Below are positions 55,942-64,000 of a DNA stretch of 64,000 nucleotides, one piece after another; within the stretch, counting starts at the first letter, position 1, and each line of letters opens with the position of its first letter. The DNA comes from Solirubrobacteraceae bacterium. Lineage in GTDB: Bacteria > Actinomycetota > Thermoleophilia > Solirubrobacterales > Solirubrobacteraceae. The stretch covers positions 21,750 through 85,749 of the forward strand of contig JAWVGM010000072.1 in the NCBI GenBank assembly GCA_033855075.1, in the 5' to 3' direction. The translations under genes and the position numbers were made by a program. A model generated the notes under the pieces. The model worked only from the letters and a program-made list of their open reading frames with translations, did not search any database and was not told the origin of the DNA.

Positions 55942-56104
55942 AGTCCTTCTTGCGCGCGCCGCAGACCGGGCAGAACCACGTGTCCGGGATGTCGGTGAAC
56001 GCTGTGCCGGGCGGGATGCCGCCGTCGGGGTCGCCCTCGTCGGGGTCGTAGATGAAGCCGCAGGATTCGCAGATCCAGCGTCGCGTGGCGGTCTGTGTAC
56101 TCAT
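55922..56104 (-). CDS. rubredoxin
   Basis: The 60-aa product [46 protein letters not shown] has two CxxCG knuckles and conserved aromatic residues. Confidence 0.9.
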   Translation of the reverse strand: MSTQTATRRWICESCGFIYDPDEGDPDGGIPPGTAFTDIPDTWFCPVCGARKKDFTPYDD

Positions 56105-56170
56105 TACAAGCAGGGTAGCCATCCGCCTGCCGGGCCGTAGTGCCAACCTCGCCCGGTACGCTCGAACGCA

Positions 56171-56803
56171 GTGAACGTCGATCCGCCCCTGCCGCGCGAG
56201 GCGCTGCACGACGGGCCGCCGGTGACCCCGCGACAGTCGGCGTCGGTGATCCTGCTGCGCGACGGCTCCGACGAGCTCGAGCTGCTGCTCCTCAAACGCA
56301 GCCCGGCCCAGCGCTTCATGGGCGGCATCTGGGTCTTCCCCGGCGGAGCGGTCGACGCCCACGAGGGCGAGGGCGACGAGGCGAACCGGGCCGCGGCGGT
56401 GCGCGAGCTGCGCGAGGAGTCCGGTGTCGACGGCATCGATCCCGCCCAGCTCGTCAAGTTCAGCCGCTGGATCACCCCCGAGCACATCAGAATGCGCTTC
56501 GACACCCACTTCTTCCTGGCGGTCGCGCCGCCCGGCGTGGAGGCACGCTGCGACGGCGTCGAGACCGTCGACCTGCGGTGGATGTCGCCGCGGGCGGCGC
56601 TCGAGGCATACCGCGACGGTGAGATCGAGCTGGTCTTTCCCACGATCAAGCACCTCGAGGCGCTGGAGGTCTTCTCCGGGGTCGACGAGCTTCTCGAGCA
56701 CGCGCGCGGCCTCGATGTCCGCCCGGTGCTGCCGCGGGTGCTCCTCAGCGGCGGCGACGCGCGCGTCGTGCTGCCGGGCGAGTCGGGCTACGACGACGCC
56801 TGA
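56171..56803 (+). CDS. NUDIX hydrolase
   Basis: GTG start. The Nudix box is [29 protein letters not shown]. Confidence 0.8.
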   Translation: MNVDPPLPREALHDGPPVTPRQSASVILLRDGSDELELLLLKRSPAQRFMGGIWVFPGGAVDAHEGEGDEANRAAAVRELREESGVDGIDPAQLVKFSRWITPEHIRMRFDTHFFLAVAPPGVEARCDGVETVDLRWMSPRAALEAYRDGEIELVFPTIKHLEALEVFSGVDELLEHARGLDVRPVLPRVLLSGGDARVVLPGESGYDDA

Positions 56804-56963
56804 GCTTCAAACCTGTGCAAAACCTGCAGCTTTCCACTTAGGGTCCAGACCCCATCCCATGACGCGGCCGTTCAGTGGGCAGCGATCACGAAATCCCCGC
56901 AAATCGGGCTTATACCTGGGTACCCTAGGCATTATTCGCTGCGTGAAACTGCTCACACTAGGG

Positions 56964-56993
56964 TTGACCGGCGCAATCACATCTGCGTAAGAT
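56964..56993 (+). promoter_or_regulatory. sigma-70-like promoter candidate TTGACC-18 nt-TAAGAT upstream of the NarL-type two-component operon
   Basis: Read directly in a 236-bp, visibly less GC-rich intergenic region, 47 nt upstream of the ATG at 57040. Confidence 0.3.
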
Positions 56994-57039
56994 CGCACCT
57001 CGAAGCACTCCTTTTTGTGCAGACCACGAAGGTCCGCAA

Positions 57040-57945
57040 ATGAGAAGGCAGGGATGGAAATTGGCTTTGGGGCATGGAGGATGGCCGGTGGGGGCTGACG
57101 GCGAGGATGCCGGCGGCATCTCCGCGCGGGATAACCGGGTTGAGTGGGCACGCGCCGTCGAGCGGCAGCTGCTCCGAGACAGGCTGCGGGCGACGATCGT
57201 CCCGGGCCTCGAGCAGCTGGTCGATCCCGGCGCCGATCCGGCCGACCTCATCGCGATCGCCGACGTCCAGGGCCGCCGGCTGCGGGCGGAGCTCGAGCGC
57301 CAGGAGCACCGCGACTCGTTCGACGTGGTCAGCGTGCACATGGACGCTCCCGTGATGCGGGCGCGCGAGGCCGAGCGCGAGTGGGTGCGCGGCCATCTGC
57401 ACGACACCGCGCTGCAGATCCTCGAGTTCATCGCCGGCGACGGCTTCGGGACCGGCCTGACCGCCGCGCACATCGCGCGTCTGGCCGGCGGCGCCGCCCG
57501 AGACCTGCACCGCTTCATCGAGCGTGCGGACGAGGTCGCGTCCACACAACTTCTGCCGGAGCTCGAGCGGATCACCGCCGAGGCGAGCTGGTTTCAGTCG
57601 CGCGTCGAGCTGATCGTGCACGATGTCGATGCTGCGCCGACGGGCGAGCAGGCGTCGGCACTGGCGGGAGCCGTCCGTGAGGCGGTCACGAACGCGCGCA
57701 AGCACGCAAACGCTTCGCACGTCGTCGTCCGCGTCGAGCAGACGAGCGATGGAAGCACCGCGGTCACCGTCACAGACGACGGTGTCGGTATCGATCCGGA
57801 CCGTGACGTCCAAGACGACGGTCTGGGAGTCCAAGGAAGCATCGTCGGACGCATGCAGCGCGTCGGCGGTCAGGCATCGCTGCAGGGTGCTCCCGGCGGG
57901 GGAACCCGGGTCACGCTCGTTACCTCTACGCAGGAGAACTCATGA
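57040..57945 (+). CDS. soluble sensor histidine kinase (HisKA_3 / NarL-partner type)
   Basis: The H-box is EREWVRGHLHDTALQILEF, and the ATPase blocks are VREAVTNARKHA, DDGVGI and GLGVQG. No TM segment is seen. Confidence 0.8.
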   Translation: MRRQGWKLALGHGGWPVGADGEDAGGISARDNRVEWARAVERQLLRDRLRATIVPGLEQLVDPGADPADLIAIADVQGRRLRAELERQEHRDSFDVVSVHMDAPVMRAREAEREWVRGHLHDTALQILEFIAGDGFGTGLTAAHIARLAGGAARDLHRFIERADEVASTQLLPELERITAEASWFQSRVELIVHDVDAAPTGEQASALAGAVREAVTNARKHANASHVVVRVEQTSDGSTAVTVTDDGVGIDPDRDVQDDGLGVQGSIVGRMQRVGGQASLQGAPGGGTRVTLVTSTQENS

Positions 57946-58580
57946 AGATCAGGGTCGTTGTGGCAGATGATTTTCCGCTTGTCCGCGAGGGTGTTGCGCG
58001 GGCGCTCAACCACGATCGCGCTCTCGAGGTCGTCGGTCAGGCCACGACCGGGCAGGAGGCGATCGAGCTCGCCGAGGAACTGCGGCCAGACGTCATGATC
58101 CTCGACCTGCGGATGCCCGATCTCGGCGGCCTGGCGGTGCTCGACAAGCTTCGCACCTCGCAGCCGCAGATCCGCGTCATCGTGATGACGGCCTCCGAGC
58201 AGGCGAGCACGCTGCTCGATGCGATCGCCGCGGGCGCCGCCGGCTATCTCTCCAAGCGCACGACGGGCGAAGAGCTGCGCCAGGCGGTCATCACCGCGCA
58301 CGGTGGCGGCTCGGTCATCACCCCCGCGCTCGCGAGCCACCTGCTCAAGGAGTTCTCGAGCTCCGCGCGCGGCGAGCAGTCCTACGTCCGCCCGCTCCAG
58401 GGCCGCGAGCTCGACGTCCTGCGCCTCGTCGTCCAGGGCAAGACCGACAACGAGATCGGCAAGGAGCTCTTCATCTCGCCACGGACCGTGCAGAACCACC
58501 TCACCCGCATCCGCGAGAATACCGGCCTGCGCCGCCGCTCCGAGCTCACTCGCTGGGCCGTCGAGCACGCGATCGGCTAG
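57942..58580 (+). CDS. response regulator, NarL/LuxR family
   Basis: ATGA overlap with the kinase gene. The receiver domain (VVVADDFPLVREG...DVMILDLRMPD) is followed by a LuxR HTH (LRLVVQGKTDNEIGKELFISPRTVQNHL). Confidence 0.9.
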   Translation: MKIRVVVADDFPLVREGVARALNHDRALEVVGQATTGQEAIELAEELRPDVMILDLRMPDLGGLAVLDKLRTSQPQIRVIVMTASEQASTLLDAIAAGAAGYLSKRTTGEELRQAVITAHGGGSVITPALASHLLKEFSSSARGEQSYVRPLQGRELDVLRLVVQGKTDNEIGKELFISPRTVQNHLTRIRENTGLRRRSELTRWAVEHAIG

Positions 58581-58595
58581 GTAACGTCGCCAGCA

Positions 58596-58615
58596 GGTCA
58601 CCGCTCGCGGTGACC
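58596..58615. terminator. 8-bp GC-rich hairpin between convergent genes (putative bidirectional terminator)
   Basis: GGTCACCG-CTCG-CGGTGACC, checked base by base. It lies 16 nt after the regulator stop and 17 nt after the cupredoxin stop. Confidence 0.4.
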
Positions 58616-58631
58616 GGAGGGCGAAACAGGG

Positions 58632-59042
58632 TCACCCAACCCGCACGCGGCCGGCCATGCCGAGCCGCTCGTGGTTGGCGACCGGGCAGTACCACTTGAA
58701 CGTGCCCGCGGGCAGCGTGATCCTCAGCGTCGCCTGCTCTCCCGGCTTCAGCGCCCGCGTGCGGACCTGCCCCGACGGGCCGGTCACCGCGAGCGCGTGC
58801 TCGGCGGCGCCGTCGTTGGTCGCGACGAAAGTGATGGCGCCCGGCCGGGCGACGCGGACGTTCGCCGGCTTCAGGCGGTAGTCGGTCAGCGACACGACGA
58901 CGACCCGCGCGCCCGGCCGCGGGACCGTGTTGGGGGTCGTGGTCACCGTCGCACCCGCGCCGCGCCGCTCGCCGCAGCCGGCGAGCGCGCATACGAGCGC
59001 GGCGCCAAGGCCGAGCGCCAGCGCGGTGCCGCGGGCGCGCAC
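58632..59042 (-). CDS. cupredoxin-fold lipoprotein (type-1 copper site)
   Basis: The GTG at 59042 lies immediately after the kinase stop. Lipobox LAGC. Ligand pattern EHAL ... WYCPVANHERLGM (C-x4-H-x4-M). Confidence 0.7.
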   Translation of the reverse strand: MRARGTALALGLGAALVCALAGCGERRGAGATVTTTPNTVPRPGARVVVVSLTDYRLKPANVRVARPGAITFVATNDGAAEHALAVTGPSGQVRTRALKPGEQATLRITLPAGTFKWYCPVANHERLGMAGRVRVG

Positions 59043-59043
59043 A

Positions 59044-60054
59044 TCAGCCCCCGGCGACCGTCGGCAGCGTGACGACGAAGCGCGCGCCGTGCGGCTCGCG
59101 CTGCTCGACGTGGATCGATCCACCGTGGTGCTCGACGATCCAGCGCGAGATCGCCAGGCCGAGCCCCGATCCACCGCGGCCGTGCGCCCGACCGCCGGTC
59201 CCGTCACCGGAATGAAAACGTTCGAAGACGCGCTCGAGCTGGTCCGCGGCAACGCCGGGACCGTCGTCCTCGACGGCGAGTCGCACATTGATGCCGTCGC
59301 TTGCGGCGCGAAGCGCGATGACCCCGGGGCGCGGCGAGAAGCGCACCGCGTTCTCGAGCAGGTTGAGGACGACCTGCTGCACGCGCTCGGGATCGCCGGC
59401 GACCACCGGATCGCCCGGCGCGTCAATCGAGAACGCCACGTCGGGCGGCGCGTGCAGCCGCGTCTCCCGCGCGGCGCGGTCGAGCACCTCGCTGAGCTTG
59501 AAGGGGCGGATGTCGAAGGGCTGCTCGCCGGCCTCCATGCGCGAGATGTCCAGCAGCTGCGTGACGAGCCGGCCGAGCCGGCGCGTCTGGGCGAGCATCG
59601 TATCCAGCGTCGCCGGGTCCGGGTCGCTGACGCCCTCCACGACGTTCTCGAGCACCGCCTGCAACGCCGCGATCGGCGTGCGCAGCTCGTGTGACACGTT
59701 CGCGACGAACTCGCGCCGCAGCCGGTCGGTCTCGGCGATCTCCTCGGTCATGCGGTTGAACGCCTGCGCGAGCTCGCCGACCTCGTCGGCCGTGGTGACC
59801 TGCACCGGGCGGCCACGCTCGCCGCGCGCCATCGCGCGGGCGACGGCCGACATCTCGCGCAGCGGCGCCGTCGTCCCCCGGGCGAGCAGCTGCGTGACGG
59901 CGAGCGCGAGCAAGATCCCGCCGGCGGCACCGACAAGCGACGGAACCCCTGCGTTCACCGCGATCACCGTCGTCGCCGACGCGACGATGATCGCGACGAG
60001 GATCACGAGCCCGAGCTTGAGCTTTACCGAGCGCAGCGATCCGAGGGGGTTCAT
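59044..60054 (-). CDS. membrane sensor histidine kinase (HAMP-HisKA-HATPase, OmpR-partner type) with minimal extracytoplasmic loop
   Basis: Two closely spaced TM segments are followed by HAMP (ADEVGELAQAFNRM), the H-box (FVANVSHELRTPI) and N/G boxes (NLLENAVRF, DDGPGV, GSGLGLAI). Confidence 0.85.
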   Translation of the reverse strand: MNPLGSLRSVKLKLGLVILVAIIVASATTVIAVNAGVPSLVGAAGGILLALAVTQLLARGTTAPLREMSAVARAMARGERGRPVQVTTADEVGELAQAFNRMTEEIAETDRLRREFVANVSHELRTPIAALQAVLENVVEGVSDPDPATLDTMLAQTRRLGRLVTQLLDISRMEAGEQPFDIRPFKLSEVLDRAARETRLHAPPDVAFSIDAPGDPVVAGDPERVQQVVLNLLENAVRFSPRPGVIALRAASDGINVRLAVEDDGPGVAADQLERVFERFHSGDGTGGRAHGRGGSGLGLAISRWIVEHHGGSIHVEQREPHGARFVVTLPTVAGG

Positions 60055-60114
60055 GGGCGCATGCTAGGCGCGGCGGGGGCGGGTCGGCCTGGATGCACCC
60101 ATAACGTGTGCGTC

Positions 60115-60987
60115 ATGTCGCGCGCCCAGGCCGGTCTGCGGATCGCGTCGCTGCCGGAGCGGCTGCCGCCGCCGTCGCTGTTCGTCATGGGCGCGATATC
60201 CCAGTACGTCGGCTCGGCGCTCGCCGTGCTCCTGTTCGCGTCCGTGCCGGCCGCGGGCGTGGCCTGGCTGCGCGTGGTCGCGTCGGCGGGCGTGCTCGTC
60301 GCGTGGCGGCGCCCGTGGCGCGCGCGATGGCCCGCCGCGCGGCTCTGGCTCGTCGCAGCGTTCGGACTGACGCTCGCGCTCATGAACCTCACCTTCTATC
60401 TGGCGCTTGACCGGCTCCCGCTGGGCACGACGGTGGCGATTGAGTTCTGCGGGCCGATCACCGTCGCCGCACTCGGCTCACGCACGCGGCGCGATCTCCT
60501 CGCGCTCACCCTCGCGGTGGCCGGCGTCGCCGCGCTCACCGACGTGCACATCGCCGGCAGCCCCGGCGGCCTCGCGCTCGCCGCGGGCGCCGGCGTCCTG
60601 TGGGCGGGGTACGTCGTGCTCGGCCACCGGCTCGCGGCCGACCGCGCGGTCTCCTCGCAGGACGGCCTCGCGGTCGGCATGGCGATCGGCGCGGTCGTGC
60701 TGGCCCCCGCGCTCGTCCCCCACGCGGTGCCGGCCTTCGAGAGCCCGCCGCTGCTCGCGGCCTGCATCGCCGTCGGCATCGCGTCGAGCGTCGTCCCCTA
60801 CGCGCTCGAGCAGATCGCCATGCGGCGCCTGCCCCGAGCGCGCTTCGCGCTGCTGCTCGCGCTGCTCCCGGCGACCGCGGCGATCATCGGCGCGATCATC
60901 CTCGGCCAGGTGCCGGGCGTGCTCGAGGCCGTCGGCATCGCGCTCATCGTGGCGGCGGCGTCGCTGCGCAGCCACGCTGAGCAATAG
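60115..60987 (+). CDS. EamA/DMT family transporter
   Basis: ATG at 60115. Ten hydrophobic segments, with EamA-like blocks (NLTFYLALDRLPLGTTVAIEFCGP, SSVVPYALEQIAMRRL). Confidence 0.8.
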   Translation: MSRAQAGLRIASLPERLPPPSLFVMGAISQYVGSALAVLLFASVPAAGVAWLRVVASAGVLVAWRRPWRARWPAARLWLVAAFGLTLALMNLTFYLALDRLPLGTTVAIEFCGPITVAALGSRTRRDLLALTLAVAGVAALTDVHIAGSPGGLALAAGAGVLWAGYVVLGHRLAADRAVSSQDGLAVGMAIGAVVLAPALVPHAVPAFESPPLLAACIAVGIASSVVPYALEQIAMRRLPRARFALLLALLPATAAIIGAIILGQVPGVLEAVGIALIVAAASLRSHAEQ

Positions 60988-61037
60988 ACGAACGCACAAC
61001 TTCGCGCCCCGGCGACGGTTACAGTGCTCGGGACCAC

Positions 61038-62441
61038 ATGGAGGCCGGAGCACTTCGAGCACCCGCTGGGCTCAACCGGATCACGGTCACGGCTCCTTTG
61101 CTGCGGCTGCGCTCCGACGAACAGCTCGTCGCGCTGTTCCGGGCCGGCAACGACACCGCCTTCGGGGTGATCCACGATCGCTACCGCCAGCGCCTGTTCG
61201 CCTACGCGCGCCAGATGCTCGGCGGCTCGCGTCAGGACGCCGAGGACGCGCTGCAGGACGTCTTCCTGCGCGCGTACTCCTCGCTGCGCTCCAACGACCG
61301 CCCGCTCTCGCTGCGCGCCTGGCTGTACCGGGTGGCCCACAACCGCTGCATCGACCACCTCCGCAAGCCGATACCGCCGGCCATCGACCTCTTCGAGACC
61401 TCGCGCAAGCCGCTGCACGACCCGATCGCGGAGTCCGAGCGCCGGGAGGATCTGCGCCAGCTCATCGTCGACGTGCGCCGGCTGCCCGATCAGCAGCGCT
61501 CGGCCCTGCTCATGCGCGAGATCGACGGGCTCAGCTACGCCGAGCTGGCCGAGGCGCTCGGGGTGACGCTGCAGGCGGTCAAGTCGCTGCTCGTCCGCGC
61601 GCGCATCGGCCTCGTCGAGGCGATCGAGGCGCGCGACACGGCCTGCGACGAGATCCGGCTCGACCTCGCCGCGGCCTTCGACCGCGGCGTACGCGCGAGC
61701 GGCCGCACGCGCAAGCATCTGCGCGACTGCAAGGGCTGCACGGAGTACCGCGCGGCGCTCCGCGGCGTCAACAAGAAGCTCGCGGCGCTGATGCCGAGCC
61801 CGGGGCTGCTCGCGGGCGGGCTGAAGCTCGTCGGCCTCAGCGGCGCGGGCTCCGCCGGCGCCGCCACCGCAGGCGGCGGCGCGGCCGGCGGCGGCGCACT
61901 CGTTGCCGCGAGCAGCGGGACGATCGCCAAGGTCGCGGTGGTCGTGTGCGCGGCGGCCATCACCGCCGGAGGCGCGGCGGAGGTCCAGCATCAGATGGCC
62001 GCCAAGCCGCAGGGTGGGGCGTCGCACGCGCGTTCGTCCACCGCGTCGCGGGCCCAGCCCGCGACGCCGTACCGGCGCGACGCCGTGATTCCCGCGTCCG
62101 CCGTGACCCCTGCCGCTGCCGCCGCAGCGGCAGCGCGCAAGCGCACGATCGCCGCTGGAAGCACCCACAAGCAGCCCAACTCGGGGAGTACGTTCGCGCC
62201 GCCGTCGGATTTCCAAGCGGCCGACGCGCCCATCTCCGTCGACGCGACAACCGGCGGCGCCAGCGCGCCTGACGAGGAGACCGGCTTCGGCTATGGCGCC
62301 GACGGGCTGACACCGACCACCGGATCGGATCCGGGAACGTCAGGTGCCGTGGCGACCACGGGTGCCGCCGAGACCTCCACCGGTTCGCCGAGCTCGCCGC
62401 CCAGCGCGGGCGACAAACCGACGTCGACCCGCCCGAAGTAG
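61038..62441 (+). CDS. ECF-type sigma-70 factor fused to ZAS-like zinc finger, one TM segment and a low-complexity extracytoplasmic tail
   Basis: Region 2 is LRAWLYRVAHNRCIDHLRK and region 4 is LPDQQRSALLMREIDGLSYAELAEALGVTLQAVKSLLVRAR. These are followed by HLRDCKGC (HxxxCxxC), a TM segment (IAKVAVVVCAAAITAGGAA) and an Ala/Ser/Thr/Pro/Gly-rich tail. Confidence 0.8.
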   Translation: MEAGALRAPAGLNRITVTAPLLRLRSDEQLVALFRAGNDTAFGVIHDRYRQRLFAYARQMLGGSRQDAEDALQDVFLRAYSSLRSNDRPLSLRAWLYRVAHNRCIDHLRKPIPPAIDLFETSRKPLHDPIAESERREDLRQLIVDVRRLPDQQRSALLMREIDGLSYAELAEALGVTLQAVKSLLVRARIGLVEAIEARDTACDEIRLDLAAAFDRGVRASGRTRKHLRDCKGCTEYRAALRGVNKKLAALMPSPGLLAGGLKLVGLSGAGSAGAATAGGGAAGGGALVAASSGTIAKVAVVVCAAAITAGGAAEVQHQMAAKPQGGASHARSSTASRAQPATPYRRDAVIPASAVTPAAAAAAAARKRTIAAGSTHKQPNSGSTFAPPSDFQAADAPISVDATTGGASAPDEETGFGYGADGLTPTTGSDPGTSGAVATTGAAETSTGSPSSPPSAGDKPTSTRPK

Positions 62442-62618
62442 CAGACGCCGGACCGCCGTCCCATCGACCGCTACCTCGCCACCCTCGACCACGAGACGCT
62501 GCTCGTCCGCCGCGGACGCCGCTCGGGCCTGTTCGTCGTCGTCGCCGTCCACTCGACCGTCCGCGGGCCGTCGCTGGGCGGATGCCGGCTGTGGCACTAC
62601 GACGACGCGCGCAAGGCC

Positions 62619-63533
62619 GTGCGCGACGCGCTGCGCCTGTCGCGCGCGATGACGTTCAAGTCGGCGGTGGCCGGGCTGCCGCTCGGAGGCGGCAAGGGTG
62701 TGATCATGGCGCCCGACCCGGCCTCGCCGGTGCGACGCGGCCTGCGCTCCGATGCCCTGCGCGACTTCGGCGAGACGGTGGCGTCGCTCGGCGGCAGCTA
62801 CATCACGGCCGAGGACGTCGGCACGACCGCCCGTGACATGGAGGTCATCGCGTCGGAGACAGACCACGTGACCGGCCTGTCACGCAGGCGCGGCGGGTCG
62901 GGTGACCCCAGCCCCTGGACGGCGCTCGGCGTGCACAGCGCGATCCAGGTCAGCTGCGAGCGGGTCTTCGGCACGACCTCGCTGAAGGACCGCACGCTTG
63001 CGATCGCCGGGCTCGGGCACGTCGGTCGTCACGTGGCCGCGGCGTGCGCGAAGGACGGCGCCCGCCTGCTCGTCACGGACATCGACGCGCGCAAGCGCGA
63101 CGTCGCGCGCGAGCTCGGCGCGACGTGGATCGAGCCCGACACCGCGCTGGAGACCGAAGCCGACGTCTTCGTCCCCTGCGCCCTCGGCGGCGTCCTCGAC
63201 CACGAGAGCGCGGCCCGCCTCGGGGCCCCGATCGTCGTCGGCGCCGCGAACAACCAGCTCGCGAGCGACGACATCGCCGACCTCCTGGCCGAGCGCGACG
63301 TCCTGTGGGCGCCGGACTTCGTCGTCAACGCGGGTGGCATCATCAACATCTCCGTCGAGCTCGACGGCGCGGGCTACGACCCACGCCGCGCGCGCAAGCT
63401 CGTGCGCGGGATCGGCGACACCCTGCGGCTCATCTACCACGACGCGTATGCGACCCACGCGACGCCGTTGGCGGCGGCGATGGCGCTGGCGCGGGCTCGG
63501 TTGGCTGAGGCGGCGGCGGCGCGCAGCGACTGA
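62619..63533 (+). CDS. Leu/Val/Phe (Glu/Leu/Phe/Val family) amino-acid dehydrogenase; coordinates give the longest canonical-start ORF, but homology clearly extends upstream to about 62460
   Basis: FKSAVAGLPLGGGKGVI, YITAEDVGT, GDPSPWTALGV, GLGHVGRHVA, VGAANNQL and APDFVVNAGGII match LeuDH/ValDH blocks. The upstream in-frame sequence DHETLLVRR...VAVHSTVRGPSLGGCRLW is also conserved but contains no ATG, GTG or TTG. Confidence 0.8.
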   Translation: MRDALRLSRAMTFKSAVAGLPLGGGKGVIMAPDPASPVRRGLRSDALRDFGETVASLGGSYITAEDVGTTARDMEVIASETDHVTGLSRRRGGSGDPSPWTALGVHSAIQVSCERVFGTTSLKDRTLAIAGLGHVGRHVAAACAKDGARLLVTDIDARKRDVARELGATWIEPDTALETEADVFVPCALGGVLDHESAARLGAPIVVGAANNQLASDDIADLLAERDVLWAPDFVVNAGGIINISVELDGAGYDPRRARKLVRGIGDTLRLIYHDAYATHATPLAAAMALARARLAEAAAARSD

Positions 63534-63801
63534 CGGTCGCCGCGTTGCGTTGCACGAACAGCAGCAACGAAGGATGCGGGGTGCCGCGCGGCGGTGGCGG
63601 CTCCGGGGGGTGGCAAGCGTCGTGGTCGCCGGGCGGCACAAATGGTGGCCACCCCCACCTTTTCCGAACCAATCGTCTGAACGTTGAGCCGGCTATGCCC
63701 GCAGGTCTGCAGGCGATCGGGCCGATACCGGCGGATTCGCGGCCCGGCAGGGCACCGCGCTCGCTCATTCTTCATGACAACGGTTTCGTCAAACCACGCC
63801 A

Positions 63802-64000
63802 CTACACCGCCCGCAGCCCACCCGCCGGGGGCCACTGCGGCCGCTGCACGCCTTCAGGCAGGCGCCCCTCCTCATCCAGCTTGTCCAGGTGCGCGGCGAG
63901 CGTCGCCATCGCCGGGCCGCGCAGGCTCGGCGGCGCGTCGTGCCAGACGCGGTCGAGCAGCTCGCCGGCGCCGCGCAGTCCGTCGTCGAGCGCTGCCACA
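63802..64000 (-). CDS. hypothetical protein (C-terminal fragment; 5' end outside window)
   Basis: The ORF is open to the window edge and ends at the stop at 63802-63804. No family recognised. Confidence 0.35.
   Translation of the reverse strand, partial: VAALDDGLRGAGELLDRVWHDAPPSLRGPAMATLAAHLDKLDEEGRLPEGVQRPQWPPAGGLRAV

Noticed and set aside
62439-62441. TAG readthrough producing a sigma/anti-sigma-dehydrogenase fusion protein
   Set aside because: The upstream C-terminus lies beyond a TM helix and is predicted to be extracytoplasmic, whereas NAD-dependent amino-acid dehydrogenases are cytoplasmic. The two modules have no functional link. The same-frame arrangement is more simply explained by a non-canonical or lost start codon.
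63606-63656. 9-bp arms GGGGGTGGC / GCCACCCCC separated by 33 nt and followed by ACCTTTT, considered as a terminator after the dehydrogenase gene
   Set aside because: Arms this short with so long a loop are expected many times by chance in this composition, and the T-run is only 4 nt. A terminator is possible but not supportable from sequence alone.

Overview
Very GC-rich (not computed, visibly about 70% or more), densely coding chromosomal segment that looks Actinomycetota-like. GTG/TTG starts and 4-nt start/stop overlaps are frequent, and many long Arg/Ala/Pro-rich shadow ORFs lie antisense to real genes. I call about 70 protein genes. I saw no rRNA, tRNA, CRISPR array, transposase, integrase or prophage genes. 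Blocks from left to right: (1) cell-envelope proteins and an Fe-S trafficking trio (IscA-family, BolA, CGFS glutaredoxin). (2) mtnA coupled to two Zn-dependent dehydrogenases, then DegV, an AI-2E transporter and a P450. (3) A roughly 12-kb surface-glycan locus (12.5-24.9 kb) with GT2/GT4 enzymes, methyltransferases, a flippase, GH26, a DUF1616-like protein and a large GT-C-like membrane protein. (4) A minus-strand operon of nitrilase-family hydrolase, TetR and four small membrane proteins (DUF4235-like, Pro-rich tail-anchored, Holin-X/DUF1469, DUF3618). (5) Acyl-CoA genes together with an atypical arginase-family protein. (6) A copper block with a small two-domain multicopper oxidase flanked by cupredoxins. 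(7) plsC and glpK. (8) An amidohydrolase / UDG-fold / exonuclease III module downstream of a strong palindrome. (9) A split biotin pathway (bioBFD, then bioA 4.2 kb away) with an aldo/keto reductase remnant in between. (10) Two sensor systems, one of them a histidine kinase paired with a cupredoxin lipoprotein. (11) An ECF sigma factor fused to an anti-sigma-like module, followed in the same frame by a Leu/Val dehydrogenase that lacks a canonical start codon. The candidates I consider most worth follow-up are the UDG-fold/amidohydrolase/Xth module, the four-gene small-membrane-protein cassette, the GT-C/DUF1616/polyprenyl-phosphate-sugar synthase trio, the kinase-cupredoxin pair and the start-less dehydrogenase. 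All functional calls rest on motif recognition by eye; no database searches were run.
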